Below, piece by piece: positions 19,690 through 20,495 of a stretch of 20,495 nucleotides of DNA. The stretch's first letter is position 1, and each line of letters begins with the position of its first letter. The stretch is taken from positions 1-20,495 of the forward strand of contig NW_021823953.1 in the NCBI RefSeq assembly GCF_006345805.1. The letters are read 5' to 3'. The notes under the pieces are model-generated. The model did no database searches and was not told where the DNA came from. It saw only the letters and a program-made list of their open reading frames with translations. Source of the stretch: Octopus sinensis (lineage: Eukaryota). The position numbers and the translations under genes were made by a program.

Positions 19690-19930
19690 TTGGTGATAGC
19701 TGTTGTAGCGGTAGAGGTGGTGGTAGTAGTAGTTTTGTATTCGTAAAGGTGATGGTGGTAGTAGTATTGATTGTAGTGGTAGTGGTAGCCACGGTGGTCG
19801 TGGTTGTGATGGTGGTGGCACTGTTTGTTGTTGTCACGATAGTGTTGGTGGTAGTGATGGTTGTGTTCATGGTGTTGTGGTGCTGGTAGTAGTGGTCCTT
19901 ATGTAGGTGGTTGTGGTGTTGGGGATAGTG
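19690..19930. repeat. Degenerate GGT/GTA/GTT trinucleotide array
   Basis: Visible degenerate triplets. Confidence 0.85.
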
Positions 19931-19931
19931 T

Positions 19932-20100
19932 TGTGAAAGCGCGTGGTTTAGTGGTTAAAATTTTCGGCACGGTTCGTAAGCTTGTGAACTCGATTCGCAG
20001 CGGCGTGCTGTGTACTTGACCAAGAGACCTTATTTCACATTGCTCTAGTCCAGAGGTTCCCACACTTTTACAGGCTGCCTTGATTCTATTGTCACATTTC
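19932..20100 (+). mobile_element. SINE family B, diverged partial copy
   Basis: TGTGAAAGCGCGTGGTTTAGTGGTTA...TGTACTTGACCAAGAGACCTTATTTCACATTGCTCTAGTCCA aligns with 16381-16502. A later GCCTTG..TGTCAC block matches after an apparent deletion. Confidence 0.75.
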
Positions 20101-20228
20101 TAGTGCCTCACCACTACCACCACTCACCATTACAGGCATAGATCATTTTCTGCAGCAAATTCGAAACGATATTATTTCACAAATAAAACTTAACCTTTTA
20201 TTTTTTATTTTGTTTGTTTTCTATATCC

Positions 20229-20386
20229 GGAGTGGCTGTGTGATAAATAGCTTGCTTACCAACCACGTGATTCCGGGTTCAGTCCCAGTGCGTGGCACCT
20301 TGGGCAAGTGTCTTCTGCTATAGCCTCGGACCGGCCAAAGCCTTGTGAGTGGATTTGGTAGATGGGAACTGAAAGAAGCTCGTCGT
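20229..20386 (+). mobile_element. SINE family A, 5' (tRNA) module; the 3' module may lie beyond the window
   Basis: Closely similar to 3299-3456 (GGAGTGGCTGTGTGATAAATAG...GGGTTCAGTCCC...CGTCGTAT), followed by a TA-rich tract to the window end. Confidence 0.92.
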
Positions 20387-20495
20387 ATGTATATATATAA
20401 TATATTATATATGTAATAAAATAGAACAGTGCATATATAAAACATATATTACGTACTACCTCTACTGTACATATACACGCATATATGTGTACAGA

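Noticed and set aside
1923-20445. All ORF-track entries other than 9118-10329
   Set aside because: They are translations of microsatellites (YI, CV, MYVC, poly-H/D/T) or of SINE sequence (3264, 3388, 3461, 16246, 16434, 19425, 20221), with no recognisable domain.

Overview
AT-rich, extremely microsatellite-dense eukaryotic DNA. The SINE families and repeat content resemble a coleoid cephalopod such as Octopus (inference, not verified). There is one credible protein-coding gene: an intronless-CDS, type II membrane LicD/fukutin-family phosphotransferase at 9118-10329 (+). All other ORF-track entries look like translations of microsatellites or SINEs. Interspersed repeats are three SINE-like families (A: modular tRNA head + internal microsatellite + 3' module, six full or partial copies; B: tRNA-Met-like head, three copies; C: (CAA)n-tailed, two copies) and a 386-bp hAT/Charlie-type non-autonomous element. 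The most notable observation is a set of type I hammerhead ribozyme motifs on the minus strand. Two dissimilar hammerheads lie about 130 nt apart (3721-3785 and 3917-4017) with cross-complementary palindromic stem III sequences, and a third, core-variant copy lies at 5744-5780. Several strong fold-back structures also occur downstream of the gene. All pairings were worked out by hand; no folding software or database search was run.
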